64,000 bases of DNA from Sphyrna mokarran (lineage: Eukaryota), in assembly GCA_024679065.1 (NCBI GenBank), contig JAGIQG010000008.1:82770001-82834000 (forward strand), read 5' to 3'. Below are positions 13,001 through 25,400 of this stretch, one piece after another. The notes under the pieces were generated by a model. The model was given only the letters and a program-made list of their open reading frames with translations, did not search any database and had not been told where the DNA came from. Numbering within the stretch: the stretch's first letter is position 1; every line of letters begins with the position of its first letter. The position numbers and the translations under genes are program-made.

Positions 13001-13110
13001 TATTGTAGGAAATACCTCAGTGATCATTCCTTCTAATTTGCGTGGAAGAATGCTTGAACAACTACAAGAACATCATCCTGGTCTTGTCCAGATGAAGGTT
13101 TTATCATACC
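10067..13110 (+). mobile_element. Degenerate Ty3/Gypsy LTR retrotransposon internal region (gag-pro-RT-RNaseH-start of integrase)
   Basis: Gag-like start MVGQLGTLGPFVEENESWSSY. RT YKRLPFGIISTPVSFQRSLNQILSGLSGIQSYLHDILITG (YLDD changed to YLHD). RNaseH YDALPYGV...GEERPIAFALCTLISTESNYAQL. Integrase zinc-region EHHPGLVQMK. Many stops. Confidence 0.9.
10512..10708 (+). mobile_element. HE1-type V-SINE (internally deleted) inserted in Gypsy gag
   Basis: tRNA-like head (cagtggttagtactactgcctc...ggttcaattc), V-domain (gtggagtttgcacgttctccc...gtttcctc) and CR1-type tail (ctgcacagtagggattctatg). Flanked by gacttg direct repeats. Confidence 0.9.
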
Positions 13111-13589
13111 ACAATACTTACCTAGACTTATTTAAAATATCCTTCCATTTCTGTTAAATGACAGATGATTTACTTCCTGCGTTATTATACATTGAGTTGG
13201 ATTTTGCAGCCACAAATGGGTGGGTTGCCCATCCGCCCCCTCATGCTTAGGTAAAATATGATGTGAAGGCATCAGGTTGATAACCCAACATCATCCTGCC
13301 AGTCTCCCGATAATAGAGCAAGCAAGCATGTCAAAAGCAGAAGTTCACTCACCCTTTTGAGAAAAATAATTAGCAAGCTATTGAGCTCATTTTAAAAAAA
13401 CTGATCAATTTGCCATTGCCCACTCCATTTTTTGCTGGTGGCATAGGGTGCAAATTACACCAGGTGAGAAGGTGGCATAAACGTGAAGGAAAAAACCTGC
13501 ATATGGGACCATGACTGCATGTGGCAGCAGAGACTGCTGCTCATTGTGATACCTTTTGTCTGTTCCTAGACTTTTATTCGTTCATAGAG

Positions 13590-13886
13590 AAGTATAGAAT
13601 CATAGAATCCCTACAGAACAGAAAGAGACTATTCAACCCATCAATTGCATATCAATAATACCCAGAGACTACCCACCCCTCGCCAGCACTATGATCAATC
13701 AACCTAACCCACACATCTGTGGAGTCTGGGAGGAAACCGGAGGATCTGGTGGAAATCCACATACCCATGGGGAGAACATGTAAACTTCACGTTACCCAAG
13801 ACAGACAGTTACCCGAGACTGGAATTGAATCCAGGTCCCTGGTGCTGTGAGATAGCAGTGCAAACCACTGTCCCTCTGTGCCACCC
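13590..13886 (-). mobile_element. HE1-type V-SINE
   Basis: Reverse complement of head, V-domain and (catagaat)n tail. Confidence 0.88.
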
Positions 13887-14386
13887 ATTTATAGGTTAAC
13901 ATACTAATTAAAGAGAGGGTGAGAGGGAAAGAAGCCTTCACATTGGTGGCTGGAATCAAATTCAGGTTCATGATCTATCTCCTTTCTTGCCCTATGTCCC
14001 ACTTCAGATACAAGATTTGACTGAAGCTCCCTTCACAATCCTAATTGGTCAGTATTTCTGTTGGTTGACCACAATTTAGGCAGCCAGTGTTTGACTTGAT
14101 GTATTGAAGTGGCAGGGCTGGGAGCAAGTTGACTACAAACTTCCCATTCTACCTCTCTTGCTCTGCTGGAAACCATAAAATTCAGCTCACTGAACTTTGT
14201 ATATTGATTTCTGATTGACAAATACACCCTCTGGATCGACAGTAGTGAAATTATGAAGAATTGAAATTGAATTTTATCTTCTGTGATGACAACAGGGTAC
14301 ATAACAATTGGTCACATTAGGACAATACATCCTCTTTATAATTGAAATTCAACATATAATACTCAACATAAATATCTTTCACCTAC

Positions 14387-14501
14387 CTGATGTGCCTCCT
14401 ATGTCCATGGCTTTCAGATTCCTTGCCTTTATAATGTTCACAGTGATTGTATTGGCAGTTGGATTATAACACAATGACAAAAGAAGTTCTCCTCGACTCC
14501 C
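14387..14501 (-). CDS. SYT7: Synaptotagmin-7 coding exon (first part of C2B)
   Basis: [38 protein letters not shown](D). Acceptor ttcAG at 14503-14502, donor G|GTAGGT at 14386; 115 nt, phase 0 to 1. Confidence 0.97.
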
Positions 14502-15785
14502 CTGAAATAACAGAATCCAAGTTATTCTCATTAAGACTCACTTCTGAATTATCCATGGGACAAAGGCATCAGGGAATTAGTTAAAATATTTAACTCTCTC
14601 TTTGGGTTAAAATATTTATTTTGACACTAAGATTTTGATAATACTGTTAATTTTTAGGTTTGTATTTGAAGTAAATTGTGAAAGTTATCTTGATCATCTT
14701 TTAATCAGCTCAGTTTGAATTTCTGCTAGTGGAAAATTAACAGTTTAAGCAGTTGACTGGGAGAAATTGGTGTTGATGATTTTAAAGCTGGTCAGAGTTC
14801 AAAGAACTATGCTGTGTAATTGAAGGCTTCTTTGTCAAACTTTGAAGAAATGATTAAAAGGCTTGAACTCAGCAGCTTGTATCATACGGTGTCATATCTT
14901 TAAGCAAGGGCTACGTATTTAAGTTTCAGTTCACTAAATATTTTCATTGGTTAACTGTAGACGTAGGGTAGAACATCCATATTAGAGGAAAACCTTCCTT
15001 TGTTGACATTATTAACATTTGTTCTTAATGGCTTAAACATCCATGGAATGGGTTAAAATGTGTTGATGTGAATTATTTACAATAGGTTGCATTATTGATC
15101 AGAGGGTGCAACATTATTTGACCATTGATCTGCATATACTAGAATGTGACATTTGTTTAGTGAAATGTATCTCTGGGGAGGCCAAGGGATAGGCATTTGT
15201 CTTCAGTCTATATGTCTCCAGTTGCAGGGGAAGCATTACACCAGATGACCCTCAGCATTAGCTAATGACAGGGAGGCAATTTGGATTATTTCCAAATACG
15301 GGATGAGGAACAAGAGTCAGAAGTAGCGATAAAAGTTGGAAAGCAAAATCTTTGTTGATACAGTTTCATCATGGAATCTGAGTCACAGTTCCACATAACA
15401 TCACTTTAAAAATGGAAGAAGAAAGGCATCATTTCTGGAGACAGGACACAAGGCATCTTAGGGCTTCGAGGAATAAGAAATTTCCATGTTATTTTCACCC
15501 TTTTTTGTCAAGTGCATGCAATATCTTGCTTAATAAATTCAATTTGATTAATAAATACTAGTTATTGCACCTTGTTAGGTCAGGCACAACTGAGGATTCT
15601 ATTCTTAAAAATTAATTCAGAACTTAGATATTTAAAGTAAAAGGATTTTTAAACCTCAAAATCTTTAAACCTGAAGTGTTATAATGCTTCAAGTCAATGT
15701 TATAGTAGTTTATATTTGTCATTCAGAATCCTGAACTGAGACTTGAATTTTGTTCCCCAGCTATCCACTGCATTCAGAACATTGT

Positions 15786-16535
15786 GGTCGGAATTCTCCC
15801 AACAAAATTCTAACTGTTGAATTTGCAACAAGACTGGAGTAATTCATGCTGGTTTTTTCATGTGAGTTCAGACTAGAATCTCTCACACTCTGTGCACTGC
15901 AGAGGCCATCAGTATGAATCTTATTATAAATCAGTGGGCCTATTCATATCTGGGTGTGCAGTGGCCCCAAACTTTTAGCTTCCCATTTGCTTGATCACAG
16001 GCCAGTTGACAATGCTGTCCTCCCGACCCTCTCACGGCCTGATCATGACCCTACTCCCACCCATCCCAACCATTTCAGGGCCAACTACCTCATACCCTGT
16101 CTTGACCTGCCCCAATCTCCACCCTCCACCCAGCTTGCCCTGATCACTGGCCTCCCTCCTATCCACTGCTGCCTGAACGCCCCTTCCCCCATCCCAGGGA
16201 CCCTGATTGCCCCCCAACTCCACTGCAGTGGGGTTGGGCTGCTGAAAGTAGGGAGCTACTGTAATCCCCCACAGAGTGAAATACTGGCGGCGAGGGGGGG
16301 ATTGCAACAGGCTAGCGGGCCCAGAGACTTCAGTCCTGGGCCCACTAATTATATCAAAATTAGATTTAAATGAAGATTTAAATTACTTACCTGTCTCCTG
16401 CTGGTATCCGGTGCGAATCTAATGGCATTGGAAATCCAGCATAGGGAGATGCGGCAGGAAGGTATGCGTGAATCCTACATATGCCTGGCTGCAGGATTTT
16501 CCCAACCTGCTGCACTAGAAAATTAGTGCAGTGAA
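15786..16535. mobile_element. Non-autonomous Harbinger-like/MITE element
   Basis: Begins ggtcggaattctcccaacaaaa, the same terminus as at 32170-32195 (reverse) and 58297. GC-rich, C-run-rich interior shared with other copies. Confidence 0.55.
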
Positions 16536-16577
16536 GTGGTTGAATTGCTTCCCCCCACCACTTCCCCTCCCATGTTA

Positions 16578-16868
16578 GGATGGCATGGTGGTATAGCGGT
16601 TGGTACCACTGCCAAACAGTGGCAGGGACCCAGGCTCAATTCCCAACTTGGGTCACTATCTGTATGGACTCTGTACATTGTCCCCACGTCTGCATGGGTT
16701 TCCTCCTACAGTCTGAAAAACATGCTGGTTAGGTTCATTAGCCTTGATAAATTCTCCTTCGGTGTACCCAAACAGACGTTGGATTGTGGCAACTGCTGGA
16801 TTTTCACAATAACCTCATTGCAGTGTTAATATAAGCCTATTTATGACACTAACAAATCAACTTTAAAT
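16578..16868 (+). mobile_element. V-SINE with alternative 3' tail
   Basis: HE1-like head and V-domain, but the tail is ttttcacaataacctcattgcagtgttaatataagcctatttatgacactaacaaatcaacttta rather than the CR1-type tail. Confidence 0.8.
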
Positions 16869-17659
16869 TTTAAAACTTTAAACTTCACAGACATTTTAGT
16901 TTCAGCTGCTTATCATAGTGGGCATTTGTGCATTTTGTATTGGTAGTGATTATGATATCCTTGCTGAAAGGTTAAATAACTTCAGTGTAAATACTGCAAA
17001 CTTACTGACTTTTCCATTTTTCAATTAGTGAAAGAGATCTGCAACATTCACACACCAGTAAATATGTGAACAAGAATTACAGCTTCTCCTCCAGTGCAAT
17101 GCTCATTCAGTAGTAAGCTGAAGCCCCAGAGTAGATTTTAAGCTGGAGGTCTGCTATGTGGGTCAAAATCAATTTCTGATCCAAAAGTGACAGTGCTGTC
17201 TGCCAAGGGACGAATGATGTATGAAAGAGAATTTTAGAGCGAAGGGAAAGACATATGGTTACTTCACCAGGGAGATAACCAGAAGCAAAATGTGTTATAG
17301 GTGCCTTGAGTTATTACAGTCTCAGTGTGAAGGTGAGAATTAAATCTATTTTCATAGGTGAGAAAGATTGAAAAGGGTAATGACCTAGTCTTTCAGTTAC
17401 TGAAAAGAAAAGATGGTACAAATAAATTAAAGTTCTTGCAATTTAACCAACATTCGCAGAGTTAGACATGAAAACTAAATGAATAAAAACTTCAAGTGAG
17501 TCCAGAAATTAGAAGAAATTAAGTTCATTCATGGATTAAAAAGAAAATTTATTAGAATGAACACATCAAAATATCTTAAAGCATTCCAAACAGTTCGAGG
17601 GATGTTATGTAGGACAATATGAGAAATATTCTATAGCAGAAATAAATACGAGAGGAATC

Positions 17660-18006
17660 ATTTTATTTGGGATACGGGTGTCACTGGCTAGCCAGCATTT
17701 ATTGCCCATCCCTAGTTGCCCTATGGAGGGCAGTTGAGAGTCAACCACATTGCTATGAATCTGGAGTCACATGTAGGCCACACTAGGTAAGGACGCAGAT
17801 TTTCTTCCCTAAAGGGCATTAGTGAACTAAATGGGTTTTTCTGACAATCAATATTGGTTTCATGGTCATTGGTAGATTCTTAATTCCAAATTTTTTTTTA
17901 TTGAATTCAAATTCCACCATCTACTGGTGGGATTCAAAACTAAGTCCCCAGACTGAGTTTCTAGATTAACAATCCAGCAATAACACCACAAGGCCATCAC
18001 CTCCCC
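17660..18006 (-). mobile_element. Second tRNA-derived SINE family
   Basis: Minus-strand head gggaggtgatggccttgtgg (A box) ...gttttgaatcccacc (B-box-like). The tail agggcaactagggatgggcaataaatgctggc recurs at ~8190-8270, 19170-19375, 20210-20280 and 25420-25670. Confidence 0.7.
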
Positions 18007-18356
18007 TCAATATTGATTCAGACATTGAGCATGACAAAGAGAACTTTTTCCTCTTCGTAAAACCCTCGGATTTATAACATCCACTTGTTCAGACAGGAAA
18101 GGCTTTGATTTAGCATTTCATCCAAAGGATATGTAATAATATAGCATTGTATGTACAAATATTAATCAAGGGCAATTAATATCCTATAGAAACAGGATGA
18201 AAAATTACAGGAATTTTTGAATGCACATAAGTGTTTGAAGTCTGTCATGAGACTACAATAGCCCAACACTTTTTAATAGTTGTAAGAACAACGGCTTGTT
18301 TCAAAAAAAGATTGGTGAATGGGTCTTTTTTTACAGTTAATGGTTCCACTTGCCAT

Positions 18357-19162
18357 AAAAGTTTAGTTTAGTTTATTTATTAGCTTCAAGTAATACTTAT
18401 ATTAATACTGCAATGAAATTACTGTGAAATTCCCCTACTCGCCATAGTCTGATGTTTGAGTCAATATACTTAACCAACATCGAGTCATAGAGGTTTACAG
18501 TATGGATAAAAGCCATTCAGCCCAATTTGTCCATGCTGCCCTTTTTTTAAACTCCTAAACTAATCCTAATTGTCCGGATTTGGCCCACATCCCTCTGTAC
18601 CCATCATACCCATGTATCTATTAAATGCTTTTTAAAAGACAAAATTGTACCCACCTCTACTATTATCTCTGGCAGCTTGTTCCAGACACTCACCACCCTC
18701 TGTATGAAAAAATTGCCCCTCTGTACACTTTTGTATCTCTCCCCTTTCACCTTAAACCTATGCTCTCTTGTTGTAGACTCTCCTACCTTTGGGAAAAGAT
18801 AGTGACTATCAAGCTGATCTGTGCCCCTCATTATTTTATAGACTTCACCCCTCAGCTTCCTGCGCTCCAGAAAAAAAAAATCATAGTCTATCCCGCCTCT
18901 CCTTATAACTCAATCCGTCAAGTCCCAGTAGCATTCTAATAAATCTTCTCTGCACTCTTCCTAGTTTCATAATATCCTTTCTATAATAAGGTGACCAGAA
19001 TTGCACACAGTATTTCAAATGTGGGAGGAAACTGGAGTACTCAAAGGAAACCCATGCAGACACAGCAAGAATGTGCAAACTCCACACAGACAGTGACGCC
19101 AGCCGGGAATTGAACCAGGGTCCTTGCGCAGTGAGACAGCAGTGCTAATTACTGTGCCGCCC
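18357..19162 (-). mobile_element. Alternative-tail V-SINE split by a CR1 LINE 3' end
   Basis: SINE tail at 18357-18480 and SINE V-domain/head at 19020-19162 flank a CR1 fragment. Confidence 0.8.
18481..19024 (-). mobile_element. CR1 LINE 3' fragment
   Basis: LKYCVQFWSPYYRKDIMKLGRVQRRFIRMLLGLDGLSYKERRDRL and LFPKVGESTTREHRFKVKG...FFIQRVVSVWNKLP, typical of the CR1 ORF2 C-terminus, followed by the 3' tail. Confidence 0.92.
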
Positions 19163-21199
19163 TATCCACAACCATCGTGACTCGGAACTAAATTGTCACT
19201 CCTTCACTGCTGCTGAATCAACATCCTGAAAGTCCTTTCCTAACAGCACTGTGGGTGTACCCCAGTGGTTCAAGATAACAGCTCATCACCATCTGCCCAA
19301 GGGGAGTTAAGGATGGGTAATATACGCTGGCCTAGGCAGCAACACGCATATCCCATGAACACATAACTTTTTAAAAAAGTCATTTTTCTTCGACATTCTA
19401 TTCATGCCATTTAATTTTATTTCTTCCATCCTCAAACTTTACCTCAAATACCTCAAATGATGAGAGTAGTGCATATGACTGATAAATTCAGTTAGTACCA
19501 CTTGATTGGAAGGATGGTTATCTTCAAGAGAGAATCAAAGTAAAATAGCTTCAACAGAAGACCAAGTGGCATTTTCTTTATTTTTTATGTGACATGAGGA
19601 TGCTGCACATCACAACCATCCATTCTAAAGTCAGGTATGTGTAAGTTTTGAATGATGGGAAAATGTGATTGATGCCTTCTGCCATCTACACATCACCAGT
19701 TTCTAAAATATTCTCAATTTTCTACCCACTTGGCACTTCAAAAATATTAACAGTAATTTTCAAAGTTTGATCTCAGTTCCTGGCAGATGGTGGGTGGCTC
19801 ATAAGCAACTAGTGTGAAATAAATTTTCAAAGACGATGCCAGGTAAAGGCAATATTTTTCTTATCAGTCCACCAAGGGTTACTTAATAACCACATTCCTT
19901 ATACAGTTCCTTTCTAAACTCAAACACTTGACGGAAAATGATCAAACAACGACAAGGTGAAGATTGTACCATTTGCTTTCATCTACCTGTCACAATCAAG
20001 ATTCTGCTTGCCAATAATCTGTGTAGACTTTGAGAATTGAATTGAGAAGAAAGTATTTCTCAATAGGTGAGTCAGTGCGAAACCCCCTGGGGGCAGTTAG
20101 TAGCAATATGAATGGAAGGGAATCATTTTGGTGTTTCATAAAGGAAAATTGTGTTCATTCATAAAGTTTAGTTAATGAATCAACTTTAGCCTGCATGTCC
20201 TTGACTTATGTTTTATTCTTTCATGGGATTGAGTATCACTGGCAAAGCCAGCATTTCTTATTTATCCCTAATTACCCAAAAGTAAAATAATTTATAAGTT
20301 GCATATTTTCAGCAAGAATAAAAGATGAATACGCTAAAATGCAATGGAGGAGTCAAAACTTTGAGTAGGCTGTTGTACAGAATAATCAATCAATACATTA
20401 TAGGCATCACCCTAACCTGAATCCACCTCTCCAATGACAGAGTTTTCAAGTATAAAAATATATAAAATAGTGATGAACAGTCAAAGATTGCCTGGTATTT
20501 TGTGGATATTTCTTTTGATTATTTTGATTATCCATGTATTTACACATACCTTTGCTTAGTCTAGCTTGAATGCAATTGAGATTTACAATTTGATTTTTGA
20601 AGTTGGGATTCTTGGTAAATCAGGATAAGTATCCACAGCAATAACTCATCCAGCCATCCATTTGGGAGTAAACTACTTTGGTCTATAGATTCCTGCATTC
20701 ATACAAACTTTCAAGAACTTTGCACTCCTTTAACCTGACCCCCTGTGGTTCCTTGATTTTAAATGTTGCACAATTGGAGATCCTTTCCATCATCTGCCTA
20801 GGTTGTAAGATCTGGAACTCTTTTCCTATTCCTCTGTGTGTCTCTGTCTCTATCTCATGATGCTCTTTAAAATCAAGCCCATTGCCTAAACTCAGTCAGC
20901 TTCTTAATATCTCATTTATGTAGATTAGTGTTGAAGTATTCATATAAAATAATACTGAATATATCTGCCAGGAAATTAAATCTTAGAAGACAAATTTTAA
21001 TTATTATAAGTAAAATTATAATTATTGTGAAGAACATATTGATCAAAAGAGTACTAAGTATTTAGAATAAGCTGCCAGGAAATGTTAGCCAAAAATCTCT
21101 CTATTATAGTCTTTCAACACAGAATTACTGAGATTGTGCTTGCAGTACGTGCAGTTTGCAAAATAGGAGTAGTACAAAGGAAAGCCAAATGTTACTTAC

Positions 21200-21369
21200 A
21201 CTTCCATCACTGCATGGCTTTAGTTCTTTCCAGAATGTCTGCGTCTGTGTCAAGTCCACCTTATTTAGCGGTAATGATACCTCTCCAATGGGATCATTTC
21301 GACTGAAACGATCATAATCTAGGACTTGAAGGTACAGCACTCGCTGCACTACCTTCTCATAGGGGAAAC
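21200..21369 (-). CDS. SYT7: Synaptotagmin-7 coding exon (second part of C2A)
   Basis: (G)[56 protein letters not shown] within ORF 21125..21448. Acceptor ctcAG at 21371-21370, donor GTAAGT at 21199; 170 nt, phase 1 to 0. Confidence 0.97.
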
Positions 21370-22429
21370 CTGAGGGTAGAGAAAGAATGCAAATAACTTC
21401 ATACAACGGAAAGAAAGAGAATTTGTGCTTCAGAGGGTACAGAAACAAACAAAGAGAGTTGGCTTTCAGGCTTCAGTATAAAAAAATTAAGAAGTTAGCA
21501 TAAAACTATGGTTAAGTACGAGTGGCTCATCGGAATGGGTGGGGATATCCTGAGCCAGACTGTAGTAGGAAAAGCAGTCAGAGGTGAATTAAGATTGTTA
21601 AACACAATAAAGCACCTTGATATCAGTACATTTTCTCCTCACAATGATACATTGGTATTAATGTCTCAGACTGAAATTTCAATTCAGCATCACACATGGA
21701 GCAGATTCTTAATTATGTTACTTCAGTGCTTCATCTATCACTGATGGCTGAGACAGTCTCATGTTATTTTTGCTTTGTTTGCTATATAAATGAAAACTTT
21801 CCTTGATTTCCAATGACAGAAAATAAGAGAAAATAAGACCCTGGTACTTGTAATGATAAGTACTTAAAAAAGCAACAAAGAGTAATAGAAGATAAGGAAA
21901 AAATGGGACAAGAATAAAAAGAGCAAAGAAATATACTAAAATTATGTTACACTGAAGTTTCTGTACTTGGATCCATTTTCCCTGCTATGTTAACAAGAAC
22001 CATCTTTTCAGTACCTATCTTCATTGCTGGGCAGCAAAACTGCCATTCTTAGTATTCTGAAACGTGTTTGTGTTGTTCACAGACCACCTGCTTGTTAGCA
22101 CAGTTTAATGTGATTATGTGAATGATGGCCCAGCAGGAACCAGTTTGTTTTAATTTTTTTGACAGTACTCTATACTAGCTGTCATTACACTACAATCATT
22201 GCAGGTTCCTGTTCTCATTAGCAATAGTTGAACAGTAGTCATAAACACAAATTAAAAGATTGTCAACCAGGACTTGGATATTTTGTTAATATTAGTGAAA
22301 GAAGGAAAATGTAATCTAGTGTTATGTTCAGTGGATTAGCGAGGGGTGCAGTGTCACAAAAATTGTTGTGTGCCGAATAATTTGGTTGCAATGTTTCCCC
22401 TGCTCACTGCCACCTGCTTAAAACTGGTT

Positions 22430-23170
22430 GGGCAGAATTTTCCCATAACTTGTCAGAGTGCCAGTTTAAGTCAGAGAACCAATGTGCAGCTTTCCAGCTG
22501 CACAACTGAGTTTTCTCTTCAAATTCTCTGGCAATCTGTGCAAAACTGGGTCCACAGAGATGGGTGCCTTTTTCAAAGGGCAACCCAATCTACAATAGAA
22601 TGAATCGCCTCTGCTATAGGTACACCTTTCCTGCAAAAACAAGCATTGGACCACTGTACTGCCCCTACCCCCCCAACAACCCCAGCAAGCACTCTCCAAC
22701 CATCCCAAACAAGCATTGGGCACCCCCGACCCACTCTGTCGAGCAATGAAGCATTTCTCTCCTCCCTCCCCCATCTTTCCAACAAGCAGCGAAGCACTTC
22801 TTCCCATCACTTTCTCTCCACAACCATTGGACATTCCTGCGTGCACCCGCTTACTCTCCACCTCACCACCACTCGTCACAAAGTATTGAGGTTGTAAGTC
22901 TTCCTGACTGCTCTCATTGGTGTTGAGGGGGGGGATTTCCTATATAAGGGAAGCATATGACAGGGAAGACATGTAATACATTTAAATTTAAATATATTTT
23001 AAAAATATTTAATGGTGAGGTGGGAACATTGTTGCATCACCGGCAAGGGGCAGGGAAAATCTGAGAATGAATCTTGCTAGCGAGATCCTTGTTCCTACCA
23101 TCTTGTGGGATTTTTTTTGCCAGCGTTGCCATTTTTGCCGATGGGGCACACTGGCTGAAAATCCTCCCCA
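22430..23170. mobile_element. Non-autonomous Harbinger-like/MITE element
   Basis: Imperfect terminal inverted repeats gggcagaattttccc (22430) and gaaaatcctcccc (~23157-23169), with a C-rich interior. Confidence 0.6.
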
Positions 23171-24274
23171 CCAAGATATTTCTCTAACTTCTTCCGCTTT
23201 TGCTCAAAGATTATTGACACGAAATGTTAACTCTGCTCTTCTTCTTACAGATTCTGGCTGACTCGTTAACTATATTGAGCATTTTTTTTTATTCAATTCT
23301 GGTGAGGAGGCCGGAAGTTAATCTTTACTAAGTTTTCAATTATTCATAAAGTGAAACATCACAAATTCATAACTTCTCACTCTACAACCCAACACCAGTA
23401 TCAGGGATCTTTCTTTATATGTGCTTAATTGATTATCCAATGAATGTCCCCCATTCTGTATACACTTAACTTTAAATTATGCAATTAACATTTAATCTGT
23501 ATTTTACCATAATCTTCCCTTTGAAACCGCCATCATTCATCTCCTCCTTTAACTTTATAAAGTTATTCCTGATGACTCTGGCAGGATCATCCAGTCCTGC
23601 TGAACTCAATGGCCATTCATGTTGCTTGCCATCTGCGCTGCCTTTCCCAGCTTTTCCAGCCTCTGTTCTTGCCAACTAACACTCCCTCTATAATAATATA
23701 AAAGCAAATTACTGTGGATGCTGGAATCTGAAACAAAAACAAAAAGTACTGGAAAATCTCAATAGCACCTCTGGAGAAAGAACAAAGCGAACGCTTTACG
23801 TCTGGATGACCCTTTGTCATAACATCCCAACTCCAATCTTTGTTTCCTCCTCCAGATATGTTTGGAGAGAAATGTGTTGTCACTATCAAGTTTCTCATCC
23901 ATTTCTTTGCCACACCATGGCTGAATCTCTCCAATCCGGTTTTGTCCTTCCCATAGCATCAAAATGGCCTACCAAAGTCACAAGTGACATTAGACATTAC
24001 TGTAATACTATCCAATCTCAACTTCTCTGAAACCTTTGAAATTGTTTTGATCACACAACGCTCTTCTGTTTTCCGACCTGGTGAGAATATGCTTGAATAG
24101 CCTTATCCGATTGCAGCGAGAACATATTCCAGATTGACTAGTTTGCCTACCCAGCACCATAATTTAGAGCATTGTGAGGATCCATTCTGGCCCCTTTCAT
24201 TTGACCCCCAATACTGTTATTCCAGAGTACCTCAAGCTGCATCTTTGGCCCCGTCTGGACAAATAAAAAGACTG

Positions 24275-24630
24275 TAAGATGTAAGAGCAGAAGTAGGCCA
24301 TTTGGCCCATTGAGTCTGCTCTGTCATTCAATGAGATCATGACTGATCTGATGATAATCCTCAATTCCACTTTCCTGTCTTATTCACCCCAACTCTTAAT
24401 TCCTTTATTAATTAAAAATCTGTCCATCTCAGCCTTAAATATTTAATGACCAGCCTCTACAGCCCTCTGTGGTAAAGAATTCCACTTGAAGAAATTGCTG
24501 CTCATCTTTGTCTTAAATGGGCAATCCCTTAGTTTGAGATTGTCCTATGATCCTAGACTCTTCCACATGAGGAGGCAACCTTTCAGCATTTACTCTGTCA
24601 AGCCCCCTGAGAATCCTATATGTCTCAATA
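24275..24630 (-). mobile_element. CR1 LINE 3' fragment
   Basis: taagagcagaagtaggccatttggcccattgagtctgctc...ctctgtggtaaagaattccac is the reverse complement of a CR1 3' end. Confidence 0.8.
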
Positions 24631-24639
24631 AGAAAAGCT

Positions 24640-25400
24640 CTACTTTTCCACCACTTCCATGGCCTATGCTGTCAAACTACCTGTTGAACATACAGCCATG
24701 GAAGTATGGTAAGGTCCGCCAACTAAACACTGGAAAAACTGAATCATCTTTGGTTCCTGCTCCAAACTTCACATTCTTGCCACCATTGTCACCCTCTCAG
24801 ACTGAACCAGACTCTTCAAAACCCTAAGTTGATCTTCTAACCCCCATCTCTATCCAGCACAGAAACTGCCTACTACAACTTTTGTAATATTACCTATGTC
24901 TGCCCTTCAGATCATCATCTCCTGGCTCTCATTCATATCTTTGTCACTTTAGGCTTAACTAATAGAGTGTTCTCCTGACTGGCCTTGCATCCTCCAGCTC
25001 TGTGAACTTCAGTTCATCAAAAATTCTGTTGCCCTAAGCCACAGACCTACAATGGTGGCTGAATGCAGCCTTTCTAATTTAACATTTTCCTTCTGACCTT
25101 TAAATTTTTTCAAACCTCACTCCTTTCTATCTCTACAATTTCTCCAATCCTGAATTCTACTAACTATTTATATCTCCGACTCTGGCTTCAGATGCATCCC
25201 ACACTTTCCCCTTCCCGTACTGCTGGCAGTTCCAAAGCATTGGGATCCCTTCCCTCAGCTCCTCAGGCTCTCTAACTCTCATTCCACCTTCAAGAAACTC
25301 CTTAAAAAAACACTGTTGGTTATCCCTCCCAATATGTTTTGGCTTGGTGCCAGTCTTCTTCTCTAAAGCACCATAGAATTTTTTCTCTCCTAAAGGTATG
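24640..25400 (+). mobile_element. L2 LINE 3' fragment
   Basis: Degenerate QLNTGKTE...LIHIFVT...LQFIKNS motifs of the L2 ORF2 C-terminus. Confidence 0.65.
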
